From: Rhynchopus sp. YZ270_cl-10
Lineage: Eukaryota
NCBI GenBank assembly: GCA_964035575.1
Contig: OZ037834.1
Span: 2,294,001 to 2,317,593 of the forward strand
Direction: 5' to 3'
Length of the DNA: 23,593 nt
Part shown: positions 20,788 to 23,593 of the stretch, one piece after another
Numbering within the stretch: the first letter of the stretch is position 1
Layout of the letters: every line of letters begins with the position of its first letter
Position numbers and translations under genes: made by a program
Notes under the pieces: model-generated
Database searches by the model: none
The model's input: only the letters and a program-made list of their open reading frames with translations
What the model was told of the DNA's origin: nothing

Positions 20788-23593
20788 AACCCGCAAACCC
20801 GCAAACCCGCAAACCCGCAAACCCGCAAACCCGCAAACCCGCAAACCCGCAAACCCGCAAACCCGCAAACCCGCAAACCCGCAAACCCGCAAACCCGCAA
20901 ACCCGCAAACCCGCAAACCCGCAAACCCGCAAACCCGCAAACCCGCAAACCCGCAAACCCGCAAACCCGCAAACCCGCAAACCCGCAAACCCGCAAACCC
21001 GCAAACCCGCAAACCCGCAAACCCGCAAACCCGCAAACCCGCAAACCCGCAAACCCGCAAACCCGCAAACCCGCAAACCCGCAAACCCGCAAACCCGCAA
21101 ACCCGCAAACCCGCAAACCCGCAAACCCGCAAACCCGCAAACCCGCAAACCCGCAAACCCGCAAACCCGCAAACCCGCAAACCCGCAAACCCGCAAACCC
21201 GCAAACCCGCAAACCCGCAAACCCGCAAACCCGCAAACCCGCAAACCCGCAAACCCGCAAACCCGCAAACCCGCAAACCCGCAAACCCGCAAACCCGCAA
21301 ACCCGCAAACCCGCAAACCCGCAAACCCGCAAACCCGCAAACCCGCAAACCCGCAAACCCGCAAACCCGCAAACCCGCAAACCCGCAAACCCGCAAACCC
21401 GCAAACCCGCAAACCCGCAAACCCGCAAACCCGCAAACCCGCAAACCCGCAAACCCGCAAACCCGCAAACCCGCAAACCCGCAAACCCGCAAACCCGCAA
21501 ACCCGCAAACCCGCAAACCCGCAAACCCGCAAACCCGCAAACCCGCAAACCCGCAAACCCGCAAACCCGCAAACCCGCAAACCCGCAAACCCGCAAACCC
21601 GCAAACCCGCAAACCCGCAAACCCGCAAACCCGCAAACCCGCAAACCCGCAAACCCGCAAACCCGCAAACCCGCAAACCCGCAAACCCGCAAACCCGCAA
21701 ACCCGCAAACCCGCAAACCCGCAAACCCGCAAACCCGCAAACCCGCAAACCCGCAAACCCGCAAACCCGCAAACCCGCAAACCCGCAAACCCGCAAACCC
21801 GCAAACCCGCAAACCCGCAAACCCGCAAACCCGCAAACCCGCAAACCCGCAAACCCGCAAACCCGCAAACCCGCAAACCCGCAAACCCGCAAACCCGCAA
21901 ACCCGCAAACCCGCAAACCCGCAAACCCGCAAACCCGCAAACCCGCAAACCCGCAAACCCGCAAACCCGCAAACCCGCAAACCCGCAAACCCGCAAACCC
22001 GCAAACCCGCAAACCCGCAAACCCGCAAACCCGCAAACCCGCAAACCCGCAAACCCGCAAACCCGCAAACCCGCAAACCCGCAAACCCGCAAACCCGCAA
22101 ACCCGCAAACCCGCAAACCCGCAAACCCGCAAACCCGCAAACCCGCAAACCCGCAAACCCGCAAACCCGCAAACCCGCAAACCCGCAAACCCGCAAACCC
22201 GCAAACCCGCAAACCCGCAAACCCGCAAACCCGCAAACCCGCAAACCCGCAAACCCGCAAACCCGCAAACCCGCAAACCCGCAAACCCGCAAACCCGCAA
22301 ACCCGCAAACCCGCAAACCCGCAAACCCGCAAACCCGCAAACCCGCAAACCCGCAAACCCGCAAACCCGCAAACCCGCAAACCCGCAAACCCGCAAACCC
22401 GCAAACCCGCAAACCCGCAAACCCGCAAACCCGCAAACCCGCAAACCCGCAAACCCGCAAACCCGCAAACCCGCAAACCCGCAAACCCGCAAACCCGCAA
22501 ACCCGCAAACCCGCAAACCCGCAAACCCGCAAACCCGCAAACCCGCAAACCCGCAAACCCGCAAACCCGCAAACCCGCAAACCCGCAAACCCGCAAACCC
22601 GCAAACCCGCAAACCCGCAAACCCGCAAACCCGCAAACCCGCAAACCCGCAAACCCGCAAACCCGCAAACCCGCAAACCCGCAAACCCGCAAACCCGCAA
22701 ACCCGCAAACCCGCAAACCCGCAAACCCGCAAACCCGCAAACCCGCAAACCCGCAAACCCGCAAACCCGCAAACCCGCAAACCCGCAAACCCGCAAACCC
22801 GCAAACCCGCAAACCCGCAAACCCGCAAACCCGCAAACCCGCAAACCCGCAAACCCGCAAACCCGCAAACCCGCAAACCCGCAAACCCGCAAACCCGCAA
22901 ACCCGCAAACCCGCAAACCCGCAAACCCGCAAACCCGCAAACCCGCAAACCCGCAAACCCGCAAACCCGCAAACCCGCAAACCCGCAAACCCGCAAACCC
23001 GCAAACCCGCAAACCCGCAAACCCGCAAACCCGCAAACCCGCAAACCCGCAAACCCGCAAACCCGCAAACCCGCAAACCCGCAAACCCGCAAACCCGCAA
23101 ACCCGCAAACCCGCAAACCCGCAAACCCGCAAACCCGCAAACCCGCAAACCCGCAAACCCGCAAACCCGCAAACCCGCAAACCCGCAAACCCGCAAACCG
23201 CAAACCCGCAAACCCGCAAACCGCAAACCCGCAAACCCGCAAACCCGCAAACCCGCAAACCCGCAAACCCGCAAACCCGCAAACCCGCAAACCCGCAAAC
23301 CCGCAAACCCGCAAACCCGCAAACCCGCAAACCCGCAAACCCGCAAACCCGCAAACCCGCAAACCCGCAAACCCGCAAACCCGCAAACCCGCAAACCCGC
23401 AAACCCGCAAACCCGCAAACCCGCAAACCCGCAAACCCGCAAACCCGCAAACCCGCAAACCCGCAAACCCGCAAACCCGCAAACCCGCAAACCCGCAAAC
23501 CCGCAAACCCGCAAACCCGCAAACCCGCAAACTCGCAAACCCGTAAACCCGTAAACCCGTAAACCCGCAAACCCGCAAACCCGCAAACCCGCA
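20788..23593. repeat. (AAACCCGC)n array, at least 350 units, runs off the window
   Basis: Direct reading; pure to ~23190, with variants only near the right end. Confidence 0.98.

Noticed and set aside
11722..23586. Long KPANPQTR / RVCGFAGL ORFs
   Set aside because: Translations of the octamer array, open in nearly every frame.
20788..23593. True telomere at the right end of the window
   Set aside because: The C-rich strand is on +, whereas a right-hand chromosome end needs the G-rich strand on +.

Overview
Eukaryotic, repeat-rich genomic window, probably from a euglenozoan such as a diplonemid. This is an inference from short GTATG..ACAG introns plus an FHA+parvulin gene of the trypanosomatid Par42/Par45 type. 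The left end has two ordinary genes: the 3' exons of methylcrotonyl-CoA carboxylase beta (1-667) and an intronless FHA-parvulin gene (1794-2831). The rest is a nested repeat landscape: (i) a decayed Q-rich ORF and a polarised 13-bp minisatellite; (ii) an interrupted, frameshifted ORF with an OTU-like protease half, a Cys/His zinc finger and a coiled coil; (iii) three copies of a ~1-kb non-coding retroposon with A-rich 3' tails, ~11-bp target-site duplications, reiterated 5' ends and a structured 5' region; (iv) ~5.8 kb of a telomere-like octamer (AAACCCGC / TTTGCGGG)n in internal position, opposite in polarity to a right-hand telomere; (v) two related non-coding elements (14200-16637, 17334-20787) sitting at the same base of the octamer. 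On the minus strand these begin TC and end CTAG, have no TSD, and carry internal ~347-bp and 377-bp satellites, so they look like Helitron-type elements specific for the octamer array. Nearly all long ORFs in the track that cross tandem arrays are artefacts.
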